From the NCBI RefSeq assembly GCF_058153355.1, contig NZ_CM177019.1: a stretch of DNA of 64,000 nt. One strand, 5' to 3'. The notes beneath the pieces were generated by a model. The model searched no databases, had not been told where the DNA came from, and saw only the letters and a list, made by a program, of their open reading frames with translations. Below, piece after piece: positions 12,869 to 24,767 of the stretch. Made by a program: the position numbers and the translations under genes. Every line of letters begins with the position of its first letter. Position 1 is the first letter of the stretch.

Positions 12869-14221
12869 TTATTTCCAGATACGTAACTCATCGTCCGTTG
12901 TAACTTCTTTACTGGCTTTCATTTTCGGCAGTGAAAACGCATACCAGTCGATATTACGGGTCACAAACATCATGCCGGCCAGCGCCACCACCAGCACACT
13001 GGTTCCCAACAACAGCGCGCTATCGGCAGAGTTGAGCAGTCCCCACATCACACCATCCAGCAACAACAGCGCGAGAGTAAACAACATGCTGTTGCGCCAG
13101 CCTTTTAATACCGCCTGCAAGTAAATACCGTTCATTAACGCCCCTATCAGGCTGGCGATTATCCATGCCACGGTAAAACCGGTATGTTCAGAAAGCGCCA
13201 GCAAGAGCAAATAAAACATCACCAATGAAAGCCCCACCAGTAAATATTGCATCGGGTGTAAACGTTGAACGGTAAGCGTTTCAAAAACAAAGAAGGCCAT
13301 AAAAGTCAGCGCAATCAGCAAAATAGCGTACTTAGTCGCCCGATCCGTTAATTGGTATTGATCGGCTGGCGTCGTCACTGCGACGCTAAACGCCGGGAAG
13401 TTTTCCCAGCCGGTATCATTACCTGAAGCAAAACGCTCACCGAGATTATTAGCAAACCAGCTGCTTTGCCATTGCGCCTGAAAACCAGACTCGCTGACTT
13501 CCCGTTTGGCTGGCAGAAAATCACCTAAAAAACTGGGATGCGGCCAGTTGCTGGTTAAGGTCATTTCGCTATTACGCCCGGCAGGCACCACAGAAAGATT
13601 GCCGGTACCGCTTAAATTCAGCGCCATATTCAGCTTCAGGTTCTGCTTCCGCAAGTCCCCTTCGGGTAAAGGGATATGCACGCCCTGCCCGCCTTGCTCT
13701 AACCCGGTACCGGGTTCAATGGTCAGCGCCGTTCCGTTAACGTCAGGTGCTTTCACCACACCTATACCACGCGCATCCCCGACGCCAATCACAATAAATG
13801 GCTTGCCTAAGGTGATATTTGGCGCATTGAGTTCGCTAAGACGCGAAACATCAAAATCGGCTTTTAGCGTTAAATCACTATGCCAGACCTGACCGGTATA
13901 AATCCCAATCTTGCGTTCTTCCACGTTCTGATTGCCATCAACCATCAATGACTCAGGTAACCAAAAATGGATAAAACTTCGTTTCCGCTCCACGGTTTTA
14001 TCCTCTTCCTGCACCGTATAAAGCTCGGTCACAGGAATAGCGATGAGCGGTCCAACAAGTTTCTGCGGCCCGCTGGTACTTTGCCGAATCGCATCTTCCA
14101 CATCGCTACGATAATCGGCACGTTCGACAATCACCTGCCGAATCAGCATTATCGGAATCAACAACAGCAATACTGCAGCAAACAGGGGGGTCATTTTCCA
14201 GAACAGGGGGGATTTCAACAT
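12869..14221 (-). CDS. creD: Inner membrane protein CreD
   Basis: 450-aa membrane ORF; cre operon order. Confidence 0.9.
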   Translation of the reverse strand: MLKSPLFWKMTPLFAAVLLLLIPIMLIRQVIVERADYRSDVEDAIRQSTSGPQKLVGPLIAIPVTELYTVQEEDKTVERKRSFIHFWLPESLMVDGNQNVEERKIGIYTGQVWHSDLTLKADFDVSRLSELNAPNITLGKPFIVIGVGDARGIGVVKAPDVNGTALTIEPGTGLEQGGQGVHIPLPEGDLRKQNLKLNMALNLSGTGNLSVVPAGRNSEMTLTSNWPHPSFLGDFLPAKREVSESGFQAQWQSSWFANNLGERFASGNDTGWENFPAFSVAVTTPADQYQLTDRATKYAILLIALTFMAFFVFETLTVQRLHPMQYLLVGLSLVMFYLLLLALSEHTGFTVAWIIASLIGALMNGIYLQAVLKGWRNSMLFTLALLLLDGVMWGLLNSADSALLLGTSVLVVALAGMMFVTRNIDWYAFSLPKMKASKEVTTDDELRIWK

Positions 14222-14278
14222 AGTCTTCTCCTTTGCAAGGACCGCAGGTTACAAAGGCTATGTGGGAAGAATTTGAAG

Positions 14279-15703
14279 CTATGTGAAGTGACGGTGAAGT
14301 CGAAGCGAAGCCAGCACACCGCCTTGTGGCACGTTGCACAGTGTGACTTCGCCATTAAGCAAACGGGCAACCTCACTGACGAACGCCAACCCCAAACCAC
14401 TACTTTTTTGCCCATTCGCACGCGGCAAAGAGTAAAAGCGCTCAAAAACACGCGACAGGGCGTAGTCAGGAATACCACTACCGGTATCCAGCACCTTAAG
14501 CGTAACGTGTTCATGATCCACTTCAGCGCTTAGCGTTATGCTACCGCCCTCGGGGGTAAAATCGATGGCGTTATCCAATAAATTCCCCAGCGCCTGCTCC
14601 AGTAACGCCGATTCAGCAGCAACGTTAACCTCGGTGGGCATAACATGTAGAGTGATGTTTTTTTCCGCCAACTGCACGGTGCGCGCTTCGCTGATGCGGC
14701 GAAATAATGCCGTCACATCAACAGCAGTCAGAACGACTTCCTGACGATTCTCCAGTCTTGCCTGGCGTAGTAACGTTTCCACCAGCGCCTGCATTCGCGC
14801 ATTTTGCGTCAGAATGTTGTCGGTAAAACGAGCCACCACTTCCGGCGGCGGACCTTCGCGTAAAATTTCCGCCGCACCACGAATCGCCGCCAGTGGGCTT
14901 TTTAGCTCATGAGTTAATGCGTAAACATACTGCTCAATATAGTTTTTCCCTTCCAGCTTCACGCGCATACTTTCCAGCGCCTGCGCGAGTTTACGCAGCT
15001 CGCTACTACCGAGATCGGGGAGAGGAACGGGCTTATTGTCAGTGACGGAATCAGCATAGCGAGTGAGCCGGGCAATGGAGCGGTTGATCCACCAAACCAT
15101 GCCTGCGCCAATCACCAGTGCAATCCCCAACAAAATGGCGCTGGCCCATAAAATTCGCCGCTCGCTGCGCTTAATGACCGGAGCCATCGCCGCGTTCGGT
15201 TTGCCTACGCTCAAAACGCCAATAAGCCGCGAGCCGTCCATAATTGGCGCGGCAACATACATCACAGAACTTTCGGGATCGTCAGGATTTTGCAACGTGC
15301 TGCGCGCACCATACTGACCACGCAACGTTAGCCAGACGTCATTCCAGCGCGAGTAATCCTGTCCAACGGCTTTATTTGCCGAATCGAACAATACTTTGCC
15401 CTGCGCATCAGTCATGTAGACATGATATTCATTACGAACTTTGTGAATGCCACCGATATTGGCGCGAAACGGGCGATGTTGTAGCTGATTAAACGCCTGC
15501 GCCAGTTGCCCATGCGTTGGATCACCAGAGAGCAAATCGGAACGCGCCAACTCTGCCAGCAATGTTGCGGTGTCGATCAACGTTCCCTCCGTTGCTCTTC
15601 GCACGCCCGGTTTAACTTCTTTGACAAAAATTGCCAGTACGAACCAGGCCGCCACTGCCACCAGTAAAAAATAGCCCAGCAACAACCTCATGCCGATACG
15701 CAT
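14279..15703 (-). CDS. creC: Sensor histidine kinase CreC
   Basis: 474-aa ORF with HisKA/HATPase motifs. Confidence 0.9.
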   Translation of the reverse strand: MRIGMRLLLGYFLLVAVAAWFVLAIFVKEVKPGVRRATEGTLIDTATLLAELARSDLLSGDPTHGQLAQAFNQLQHRPFRANIGGIHKVRNEYHVYMTDAQGKVLFDSANKAVGQDYSRWNDVWLTLRGQYGARSTLQNPDDPESSVMYVAAPIMDGSRLIGVLSVGKPNAAMAPVIKRSERRILWASAILLGIALVIGAGMVWWINRSIARLTRYADSVTDNKPVPLPDLGSSELRKLAQALESMRVKLEGKNYIEQYVYALTHELKSPLAAIRGAAEILREGPPPEVVARFTDNILTQNARMQALVETLLRQARLENRQEVVLTAVDVTALFRRISEARTVQLAEKNITLHVMPTEVNVAAESALLEQALGNLLDNAIDFTPEGGSITLSAEVDHEHVTLKVLDTGSGIPDYALSRVFERFYSLPRANGQKSSGLGLAFVSEVARLLNGEVTLCNVPQGGVLASLRLHRHFT

Positions 15704-16392
15704 TACAGTCCCCTCAGGCTATATCCCATGCCGCGATGAGTATTAATCGGGGAAAGATCGGGGTTAATGGCGCGCAGCTTGGCACGCAGCGTTTTAATGT
15801 GGGTATCGACGGTGCGATCGTAGGTGTCCTGCGCATCTTCCCACACGCTATCCATCAGTTGCTGGCGGGACCAGACGCGGCCCGGCGACTTGAGTAATGT
15901 TTTCAGCAGCAAAAACTCATACCGCGTCAGCGTTAATGGCGTGTCAAACCAGCTGATCTGCGCCGCAGGTTCATTCAATTCAAAATGACCAATACGGATA
16001 ACGGGAGACGGCGTCGAGAACTTCCTCACCCGACGCAGTAAGGTGCGCACTCTGGCGCACACTTCGCGAGGTGAAAACGGTTTAGCCACGTAGTCGTCAG
16101 CGCCAATTTCCAGCCCAAGCAGGCGATCGACCTCTTCACTTCGGGCCGTCAGGAACAGTACAGGTAACGCCGGATGGAGCGCCAGTAACTGGCGGCACAA
16201 TTCAAAGCCGCTGATATCAGGCAAACCAACATCGAGAATCATGACATCGGGAACCTGCTGGCGAGCTTTATCCAGCACCGGCAAGCCTCGCTCAAAGACC
16301 TCGACGGCAAAACCTTCCTGTTGCAACATGTAGACTAGCGTGTCGGCTATCCCTTGCTCATCTTCCACTAACCAGACCGTTTCCCGTTGCAT
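15703..16392 (-). CDS. creB: Response regulator CreB
   Basis: 229-aa OmpR-family ORF MQRETVWLVEDEQ... Confidence 0.9.
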   Translation of the reverse strand: MQRETVWLVEDEQGIADTLVYMLQQEGFAVEVFERGLPVLDKARQQVPDVMILDVGLPDISGFELCRQLLALHPALPVLFLTARSEEVDRLLGLEIGADDYVAKPFSPREVCARVRTLLRRVRKFSTPSPVIRIGHFELNEPAAQISWFDTPLTLTRYEFLLLKTLLKSPGRVWSRQQLMDSVWEDAQDTYDRTVDTHIKTLRAKLRAINPDLSPINTHRGMGYSLRGL

Positions 16393-16404
16393 AAATCGCC
16401 TCTG

Positions 16405-16878
16405 TTATTGCCGCCACGGCATGACAGGAACCGCGCTAATCGCGTTTTTCGGCGAACCTTCTACGACTTTGTCGGAGTAAGCCAGATAAGCGAGCGCGTT
16501 GCGTTTGGCGTCATAAAAGCGCACGACCTGTAACGACTTAAAGACCAACGACGTGCGTTTTTTGAATACTACCTCGCCCTGAGCTTTGCCGTTTTTAATG
16601 CGATCTGACAGTTCAATCGGCCCGACTTGCTGACAAGAAATAGCCGCATCGGAAGTATCTTCCGCCAGGCCCAATCCCCCTTTAATACCGCCGGTTTTCG
16701 CCCGGCTCACATAACAGGTGACATTTTTCACATCGGGATCGTCAAAGGCTTCCACAACAATTTTGTGATCAGGACCGATCATTTTAAATACGGTGTCGAC
16801 CGAACCAATCTCTTCTGCATGAGCCAATGGCCCCAGCATTATCAGGCTTAAAGACAGGATCAAATGCTTGTATTTCAT
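16405..16878 (-). CDS. creA: Periplasmic protein CreA
   Basis: 157-aa ORF with signal peptide; synteny. Confidence 0.85.
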
Positions 16879-17088
16879 ATTGTTACCATTTTTATCTATT
16901 ACACGAGCAATTAGTTCGTCACGGTAAATAACATATTGATTAAGAACAAAATCTCAATACTTTTATTTCCGTCAAGCCCTAAAACATACGCTACTAAGAA
17001 AAAAACACTGAATGCTAAAACAGCAAAAAATGCTATTATCCAATTACCTGATGTCAGGTGCTCGTTGTTGAAAGGATGAGGATATTTT

Positions 17089-17958
17089 ATGGATCAGGCC
17101 GGCATTATTCGCGACCTTTTAATCTGGCTGGAAGGTCATCTGGATCAGCCCCTGTCGCTCGACAATGTAGCGGCGAAAGCAGGTTATTCCAAGTGGCACT
17201 TACAGAGAATGTTTAAAGATGTCACTGGTCATGCTATTGGCGCGTATATTCGTGCTCGTCGTTTGTCGAAATCGGCGGTCGCACTACGCCTGACTGCGCG
17301 TCCGATTCTGGATATCGCGCTGCAATACCGCTTCGACTCTCAACAGACATTTACTCGCGCATTCAAGAAGCAGTTTGCCCAAACTCCTGCTCTTTACCGC
17401 CGTTCTCCTGAATGGAGCGCCTTTGGTATTCGCCCGCCGCTGCGTCTGGGTGAATTCACCATGCCAGAGCACAAATTTGTCACCCTGGAAGATACGCCGC
17501 TGATTGGTGTTACCCAGAGTTACTCCTGTTCGCTGGAACAAATCTCTGATTTCCGCCATGAAATGCGTTATCAGTTCTGGCACGATTTTCTTGGCAACGC
17601 GCCGACCATTCCGCCTGTGCTCTACGGCCTGAATGAAACGCGTCCGAGCCAGGATAAAGACGACGAGCAAGAGGTGTTCTATACCACCGCATTAGCCCAG
17701 GATCAGGCAGATGGCTATGTATTGACCGGGCATCCTGTGATGCTGCAAGGCGGTGAATATGTGATGTTTACCTATGAAGGTCTGGGAACAGGCGTGCAGG
17801 AGTTTATCCTGACGGTATACGGAACGTGCATGCCAATGCTTAACCTGACGCGCCGTAAAGGTCAGGATATTGAGCGATACTACCCGGCAGAAGATGCCAA
17901 AGCGGGAGATCGCCCAATTAATCTGCGCTGTGAACTGCTGATTCCGATCCGTCGTTAA
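17089..17958 (+). CDS. rob: AraC-family right-origin-binding protein Rob
   Basis: 289-aa ORF MDQAGIIRDLLIWLEGHLDQPLSL... Confidence 0.9.
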   Translation: MDQAGIIRDLLIWLEGHLDQPLSLDNVAAKAGYSKWHLQRMFKDVTGHAIGAYIRARRLSKSAVALRLTARPILDIALQYRFDSQQTFTRAFKKQFAQTPALYRRSPEWSAFGIRPPLRLGEFTMPEHKFVTLEDTPLIGVTQSYSCSLEQISDFRHEMRYQFWHDFLGNAPTIPPVLYGLNETRPSQDKDDEQEVFYTTALAQDQADGYVLTGHPVMLQGGEYVMFTYEGLGTGVQEFILTVYGTCMPMLNLTRRKGQDIERYYPAEDAKAGDRPINLRCELLIPIRR

Positions 17959-18602
17959 CGCTGCAGCTCATCTAATGCAGGGGCGTCCAGATGCGAGATG
18001 TCCCCTGCGGTTTCAACCACCCAGCCAGACGCCAGCCACAAGCTTTCCTGATAATCCACGCGCGAAATAGAACAGTTACGCAGACGTAAGCGACGCTCTG
18101 CCCATGCTGGTAATCCGAGAATCGTACTCACCAGGCATCCCAGTGCAATACCGTGGCTCACCAGCAGCGGTCGGCTTCCCTGCGGTAATTCCCGACAAGA
18201 TTCCAGTGCCGCATTGACACGATCGCTGAGCTCCTGCATAGACTCGCCTTCAGGAATACGTCCGTCGACAGTGCCATTGACCAGTTGGCGACGCCAGTTT
18301 TCTTCTTCTTCGGTGAGTGAATCGATATTTCTTGTTTCCAGTACACCCATATTTAATTCACGCAGACGAGAATCAAAGATGATGTCACAGCCGCAGGCCT
18401 GGGCGATGATTTCCGCCGTGCGGCGGGTGCGCCCTAAATCGCTACTGATGATATGCGTAATGCCAAGCTCTTTGGCACGGGTCGCCACCTGCATCGCCTG
18501 TTGCTCACCTTTGGCAGTCAGCGGGCTATCAGACTGGCCCTGAATACGTCGCTCGGCGTTCCACTGCGTTTCACCGTGGCGGACTAGGTATACCTGTAAC
18601 AT
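17955..18602 (-). CDS. gpmB: Probable phosphoglycerate mutase GpmB
   Basis: 215-aa ORF MLQVYLVRHGETQWNAERRIQGQSDSPLT... Confidence 0.9.
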   Translation of the reverse strand: MLQVYLVRHGETQWNAERRIQGQSDSPLTAKGEQQAMQVATRAKELGITHIISSDLGRTRRTAEIIAQACGCDIIFDSRLRELNMGVLETRNIDSLTEEEENWRRQLVNGTVDGRIPEGESMQELSDRVNAALESCRELPQGSRPLLVSHGIALGCLVSTILGLPAWAERRLRLRNCSISRVDYQESLWLASGWVVETAGDISHLDAPALDELQR

Positions 18603-18641
18603 GCTTTTTTTCCGTATACTGCTGTAACGTTAATTTTCTGA

Positions 18642-19504
<863 letters not shown>

Positions 19505-19578
19505 TTAGCGGGGGAAGCAAAATACCTCCCCCGGTTGTACTCGCTAAAGAGTACGATAGCATATCATAAACGTGCGGA

Positions 19579-21516
19579 TCAGTAACGACGTCCCCATTCC
19601 GTGGCGCTCATCAACGTTGGTTTATCCCCCATGAAATAGCGGTAGTAAGCGTCATAAGCCAGCACGTTCTTCACATAACCGCGCGTCTCGGAGAACGGAA
19701 TACTCTCGACAAATGCCACTGCGTCGATACGACCAGCGCTATTGCCAAGCCAGGTGCGCACTCGTCCAGGTCCGGCGTTATAAGCTGCTGAGGCGAAAAT
19801 ACGGTTATTGCCAAACTGCTGATAAACATATTGCAGGTAACTGGTGCCGATGTTGATGTTCGTTTCCGGATCCAGCAATTGCCCAGGGCTGCTGTAGCCA
19901 GGAATAGAGAACATCTTCACCGTATGGGTCGCCGTACCAGGCATAATCTGCATCAGCCCGCTGGCCCCTACCGGTGACTTCACTTTCGGATTCCAGGCAC
20001 TCTCCTGACGGGCAATCGCCATCGCATAGCTTTGCGGGATCTCCTTACCGCTGGTGTAACGTTTGAAAAAATCGTTGTAGGCCAGCGGGAATCGTTCTTC
20101 CAGATGATCCCACAACTTCCCGGCGATCGTCGCCTGAACGCTGAGATCCCACCATTGGTTGTTGAAAGCATACCGTGCCAGCTGTGCCTGCTCTGTTTTT
20201 GACTTGCTCTTCACCAGATTGGCCCACTCGCTACGCGCGGTGTTATCGAGATTCCAGTACATCAACTCGCGCACGCGCGCCATCTCCGGCCCCTGAGTCA
20301 GGGCGCTGTCAACATTCTGCGGCGCTTTATCAATCTTCAGCTCATACTCTTCACCGATGCGTTGTGCAGCAACCATCGGGTAGAAACCACGCTGTTGCAT
20401 GAGTTGATGCAGAATCTCTTTCGCTTCAGCTTCACGTCCGCGTTCCAGCAATAAATCGGCCTGCCAGTAACGCCATTCATCTTTCTCTTTCGCTTCCATC
20501 GGCAAACGCGCCAGCCAGGTATTCAGGCCACGCCGATCGCCAGTGCCAAGCGCCATCCGTACTCGGCGTTCAATCAACGAGGTGGATTGCGAGCGCATAA
20601 TGGCGTCATCGCGCCATTTCGCCTGCTCGTCGGTGACATCGTTGCCCATCAAACGCCAGGCGACGATATCGCGCAGTTCCTGAATCTGATCTTCATTAAG
20701 CTGCTGTGCCTGAGCAAGCGATGGAATCATCAGCCGTGCATTTTCAGCATCCTGCCGCGCCACGCTGGCAAACGCCACCGCCGCCATTTGACGGGTAAAA
20801 TCGGTCGCACCGGTTGTACGCGCGAAGGTCAGTACCGTATTAGGGTTGTTCGCCAGAGAAATAATCGCCGAGGCGATAGTTTGGTAATCAGCAGGCATCT
20901 GCCCTGCCAGCACTGTCACCAGGCCTGTGTTACCCGCTTTCATCGCCAGACGGATACGCTCCAGATACGCCAGCGGATCTTGTTTGCCTGACGCACGCCA
21001 GACGCTAAATAACTTGTCACAGGCGTTAGGCTGGCTCTTGCCGGTTAGCCACAGCTCTTTCGCCCCTTGCCAGGCTTCTTCACTCTGCCCGGTGTTCCAT
21101 TTCGCATAGTAGTAATTACATTGCGCTTCGGTAGTTCCGGGCTTTTCCGGGCTAAAGGCTAACAAGCCACGCCAGTCTTCACGCCGCGCCAGTTCATTGA
21201 CGAAACGAGATTGCAGCGTGCGAGCGGGAGGAAGCGTGGGGTTAGCGCGAACAAAGTTAGTGACCGTCACCGCCGGTTGATTCATCAGGTCATCGGTGAT
21301 CTGGCGGTATTCCAGATAGGGATAAAGTGGATAATCCTTCAATCCAGGCATCATTTGTTCGACCACATCCATTTGTCGATTATCCCAGGCCTGCTTAATT
21401 TGCGCGTAACGGCTACGCTGCTCATCCAGTGAGTCGGCTCGCGCCACGCTGCTGACCGTCAGCAGACAGACACCGACAGCCAACAGCCGCCAGGTAACGT
21501 GTTTGGCTTTTTCCAC
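19579..21516 (-). CDS. slt: Soluble lytic murein transglycosylase
   Basis: 645-aa ORF with signal peptide and C-terminal lysozyme-like domain. Confidence 0.95.
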   Translation of the reverse strand: MEKAKHVTWRLLAVGVCLLTVSSVARADSLDEQRSRYAQIKQAWDNRQMDVVEQMMPGLKDYPLYPYLEYRQITDDLMNQPAVTVTNFVRANPTLPPARTLQSRFVNELARREDWRGLLAFSPEKPGTTEAQCNYYYAKWNTGQSEEAWQGAKELWLTGKSQPNACDKLFSVWRASGKQDPLAYLERIRLAMKAGNTGLVTVLAGQMPADYQTIASAIISLANNPNTVLTFARTTGATDFTRQMAAVAFASVARQDAENARLMIPSLAQAQQLNEDQIQELRDIVAWRLMGNDVTDEQAKWRDDAIMRSQSTSLIERRVRMALGTGDRRGLNTWLARLPMEAKEKDEWRYWQADLLLERGREAEAKEILHQLMQQRGFYPMVAAQRIGEEYELKIDKAPQNVDSALTQGPEMARVRELMYWNLDNTARSEWANLVKSKSKTEQAQLARYAFNNQWWDLSVQATIAGKLWDHLEERFPLAYNDFFKRYTSGKEIPQSYAMAIARQESAWNPKVKSPVGASGLMQIMPGTATHTVKMFSIPGYSSPGQLLDPETNINIGTSYLQYVYQQFGNNRIFASAAYNAGPGRVRTWLGNSAGRIDAVAFVESIPFSETRGYVKNVLAYDAYYRYFMGDKPTLMSATEWGRRY

Positions 21517-21726
21517 AAGCGCATCCTCTAAGTGTCAATACATCAATGCAGCGTCATGCCGCGTAATAGATTTATGCTAACCAGTCATTGCCGTTTACGC
21601 CACGTTACGGACACTTTTTTACTTTTACTGCGAGGGGGATCGACCGGCTGGGATTAGATAAGGAAACAGGCTACACTTCGCCTTTGAAAACTCATCATCA
21701 CGATAAACATAGAGGCGAAGTCCAAC

Positions 21727-23394
21727 GTGGCTCAATTCGTTTATACCATGCATCGTGTCGGCAAAGTTGTTCCGCCGAAACGTCATATTTTGAAAAACAT
21801 CTCTCTGAGTTTCTTCCCTGGGGCAAAAATTGGTGTCCTGGGTCTGAACGGCGCGGGTAAGTCTACCCTGCTGCGCATTATGGCGGGCATTGATAAAGAC
21901 ATCGAAGGTGAAGCGCGTCCGCAACCGGATATCAAGATTGGTTACCTGCCGCAGGAACCTCAGCTGAACCCGGAACACACCGTGCGTGAGTCCATTGAAG
22001 AAGCGGTTTCTGAAGTGGTTAACGCTCTGAAACGTCTGGATGAAGTGTATGCGCTGTACGCCGATCCGGATGCCGATTTTGACAAGCTGGCTGCTGAACA
22101 AGGCCGTCTGGAAGAGATCATTCAGGCTCATGACGGTCATAACCTGAACGTTCAGCTGGAGCGTGCGGCTGATGCGCTGCGTCTGCCGGACTGGGACGCG
22201 AAAATCGCTAACCTTTCCGGTGGTGAGCGTCGTCGCGTGGCGTTGTGCCGCCTGCTGTTGGAAAAACCAGACATGCTGCTGCTCGACGAACCGACCAACC
22301 ACCTGGATGCGGAATCCGTGGCGTGGCTGGAACGCTTCCTGCACGACTTCGAAGGCACCGTGGTGGCGATTACCCACGACCGTTACTTCCTCGATAACGT
22401 TGCGGGCTGGATCCTCGAACTTGACCGCGGTGAAGGTATTCCGTGGGAAGGTAACTACTCCTCCTGGCTGGAGCAGAAAGATCAGCGTCTGGCGCAGGAA
22501 GCTTCACAAGAAGCAGCGCGTCGTAAGTCGATCGAGAAAGAGCTGGAGTGGGTACGTCAGGGAACTAAAGGCCGTCAGTCGAAAGGTAAAGCACGTCTGG
22601 CGCGCTTTGAAGAGCTGAACAGCACCGAATATCAGAAACGTAACGAAACCAACGAACTGTTTATTCCGCCTGGACCGCGTCTGGGCGATAAAGTGCTGGA
22701 AGTCAGCAACCTGCGTAAATCTTACGGCGATCGCCTGCTGATTGATGATCTGAGCTTCTCGATCCCGAAAGGGGCGATCGTCGGGATCATCGGTCCGAAC
22801 GGCGCGGGTAAATCAACCCTGTTCCGTATGATCTCTGGTCAGGAACAACCAGACAGCGGCACCATCACTTTAGGTGAAACGGTGAAACTGGCATCTGTCG
22901 ATCAGTTCCGTGACTCAATGGATAACAGCAAAACCGTTTGGGAAGAAGTTTCCGGCGGGCTGGATATCATGAAGATCGGTAACACCGAGATGCCAAGCCG
23001 CGCCTACGTTGGCCGCTTTAACTTTAAAGGGGTTGATCAGGGTAAACGCGTTGGCGAACTCTCCGGTGGTGAGCGTGGTCGTCTGCATCTGGCGAAGCTG
23101 CTGCAGGTTGGCGGCAACATGCTGCTGCTCGACGAACCGACCAACGACCTGGATATCGAAACCCTGCGTGCGCTGGAAAACGCCCTGCTGGAGTTCCCGG
23201 GCTGCGCGATGGTTATCTCGCACGACCGTTGGTTCCTCGACCGTATCGCCACACACATTCTGGATTACCAGGATGAAGGTAAAGTTGAGTTCTTTGAAGG
23301 TAACTTTACCGAGTACGAAGAGTACAAGAAACGCACGCTGGGCGCAGACGCGCTGGAGCCGAAGCGTATCAAGTACAAGCGTATTGCGAAGTAA
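21727..23394 (+). CDS. ettA: Energy-dependent translational throttle ABC-F protein EttA
   Basis: 555-aa ORF with two ABC ATPase cassettes. Confidence 0.95.
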   Translation: MAQFVYTMHRVGKVVPPKRHILKNISLSFFPGAKIGVLGLNGAGKSTLLRIMAGIDKDIEGEARPQPDIKIGYLPQEPQLNPEHTVRESIEEAVSEVVNALKRLDEVYALYADPDADFDKLAAEQGRLEEIIQAHDGHNLNVQLERAADALRLPDWDAKIANLSGGERRRVALCRLLLEKPDMLLLDEPTNHLDAESVAWLERFLHDFEGTVVAITHDRYFLDNVAGWILELDRGEGIPWEGNYSSWLEQKDQRLAQEASQEAARRKSIEKELEWVRQGTKGRQSKGKARLARFEELNSTEYQKRNETNELFIPPGPRLGDKVLEVSNLRKSYGDRLLIDDLSFSIPKGAIVGIIGPNGAGKSTLFRMISGQEQPDSGTITLGETVKLASVDQFRDSMDNSKTVWEEVSGGLDIMKIGNTEMPSRAYVGRFNFKGVDQGKRVGELSGGERGRLHLAKLLQVGGNMLLLDEPTNDLDIETLRALENALLEFPGCAMVISHDRWFLDRIATHILDYQDEGKVEFFEGNFTEYEEYKKRTLGADALEPKRIKYKRIAK

Positions 23395-23402
23395 TGCGTA
23401 AA

Positions 23403-23509
23403 ATGCCGGATGCGGCGTGAACGCCTTATCCGGCCTGAAAACCAAGCGATTTCAATACGTTGTGAAACTCCAGGCCTGATAAGACGCGGTAAGCGTCGCA
23501 TCAGGCATT
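23403..23509. repeat. REP pair (BIME) between ettA and nadR
   Basis: atgccggatgcggcgtgaacgccttatccggcctg ... aggcctgataagacgcggtaagcgtcgcatcaggc. Confidence 0.8.
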
Positions 23510-23514
23510 GGTGC

Positions 23515-24747
23515 TTACCTCTGCTCCCCCATCATCTCCCGCACCAGCTCCACGCAGCGCAGGAAACGGCTGTCGTAATCGTCCTCTTCAACCCGCACAA
23601 ATTCGATATTGTTCTCTTCCAGCATCTCCACCAGCAAGTTCTGGAACTCTTTGCGATCCACCGAACTGCCGAGACTGCGTAAACCATCCGCCACCCACGG
23701 CGTGTTGTTCTCCAGCAGAATCACCAGATCAAAACGGTATTCATCGATCAGCGCCTGTACGAACGGATGCTCGCGCCCTTCGTACTTTTTGCAGAACGCC
23801 TGAGTTGTCACAAAATCGGTGTCGATAAACGCCACTTTATTGGCATATTTTACTGCAAAATCAATATATTGAGCGTGTCCAAGCGCGATTTTATCGTAGT
23901 CGGAATACTGCAATGCAATCTCATCGCCGCCAAGATGCGAAAAGACATAATCGCGACCATATTCCCATGCACTGGTAGTGTTGAAGATATTGGCAAGTTT
24001 GTTTACCAGGGTGGATTTACCGCTCGACTCGCCGCCGAGGATCGCCACGGTGCGCACAAAGAACGGCTTCACTTCGGTAGGAATATATTCCCAGTAGCGG
24101 AACGGATTTTCGCGGATCTGCGCACCACTGATACTCATAAAAGTACGTTTCGGATCGACCAACACCGTTTCGATCCCCAGATGCTCCATATACTGCGGCG
24201 CGTCGGCTTCTTCCGAGGTGTAGATCAGATCCGGCTGGATCCCTTTTTCAGCCATAAACTTTTTGATGCCGTTGCTCCACACATCCCAGCCATGCGGATA
24301 CGGCTCCATGCCCTCTTCGTTGAAGGCATGAATGCGAATATTTTTCTGATATTTAAAAGTTTGCAATAACCAGCGCAGACGATCCGGCACCGTGGGCTGC
24401 TGCGACATGGCGCTGTCTTCGAACAACGCGCGGTCGCGGGTATCGTCAAAGCCCATAATGATATGCAGCTCGTCAACCTGACTACAGGCACGCTGGATAA
24501 GGTAGATATGTCCGGTATGCAGCGGGTAAAACTTACCGAATACAACACCAATAGTTTTCTTCTGCCGGGGAAATTCAAGTCCCAAATAACGGTGCAACGC
24601 CTCCAGCTTTTGCGCGCTGGGGCTTTTAATTTTGGCATTCAGTAACTGGCTTAAATACCCTTTGGTCATACCGCTGGCATCAGCCACCTGCTGTAGCGTA
24701 CAGCCCTGTTGCTTGATGGCAGTTTTCAGATAATCAAATGACGACAT
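23515..24747 (-). CDS. nadR: Trifunctional NAD biosynthesis / regulator protein NadR
   Basis: ORF 23515..24768; start taken at MSSFDYLKTAIKQQG (410 aa). Confidence 0.9.
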   Translation of the reverse strand: MSSFDYLKTAIKQQGCTLQQVADASGMTKGYLSQLLNAKIKSPSAQKLEALHRYLGLEFPRQKKTIGVVFGKFYPLHTGHIYLIQRACSQVDELHIIMGFDDTRDRALFEDSAMSQQPTVPDRLRWLLQTFKYQKNIRIHAFNEEGMEPYPHGWDVWSNGIKKFMAEKGIQPDLIYTSEEADAPQYMEHLGIETVLVDPKRTFMSISGAQIRENPFRYWEYIPTEVKPFFVRTVAILGGESSGKSTLVNKLANIFNTTSAWEYGRDYVFSHLGGDEIALQYSDYDKIALGHAQYIDFAVKYANKVAFIDTDFVTTQAFCKKYEGREHPFVQALIDEYRFDLVILLENNTPWVADGLRSLGSSVDRKEFQNLLVEMLEENNIEFVRVEEDDYDSRFLRCVELVREMMGEQR

Positions 24748-24767
24748 ATCTCCCTCCCTATCTCTCA

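Noticed and set aside
21625-22377. 250-aa minus-strand ORF overlapping the start of ettA
   Set aside because: Antisense to the ABC-F ATPase gene; long open frames opposite GC-rich ABC cassettes are common artefacts.
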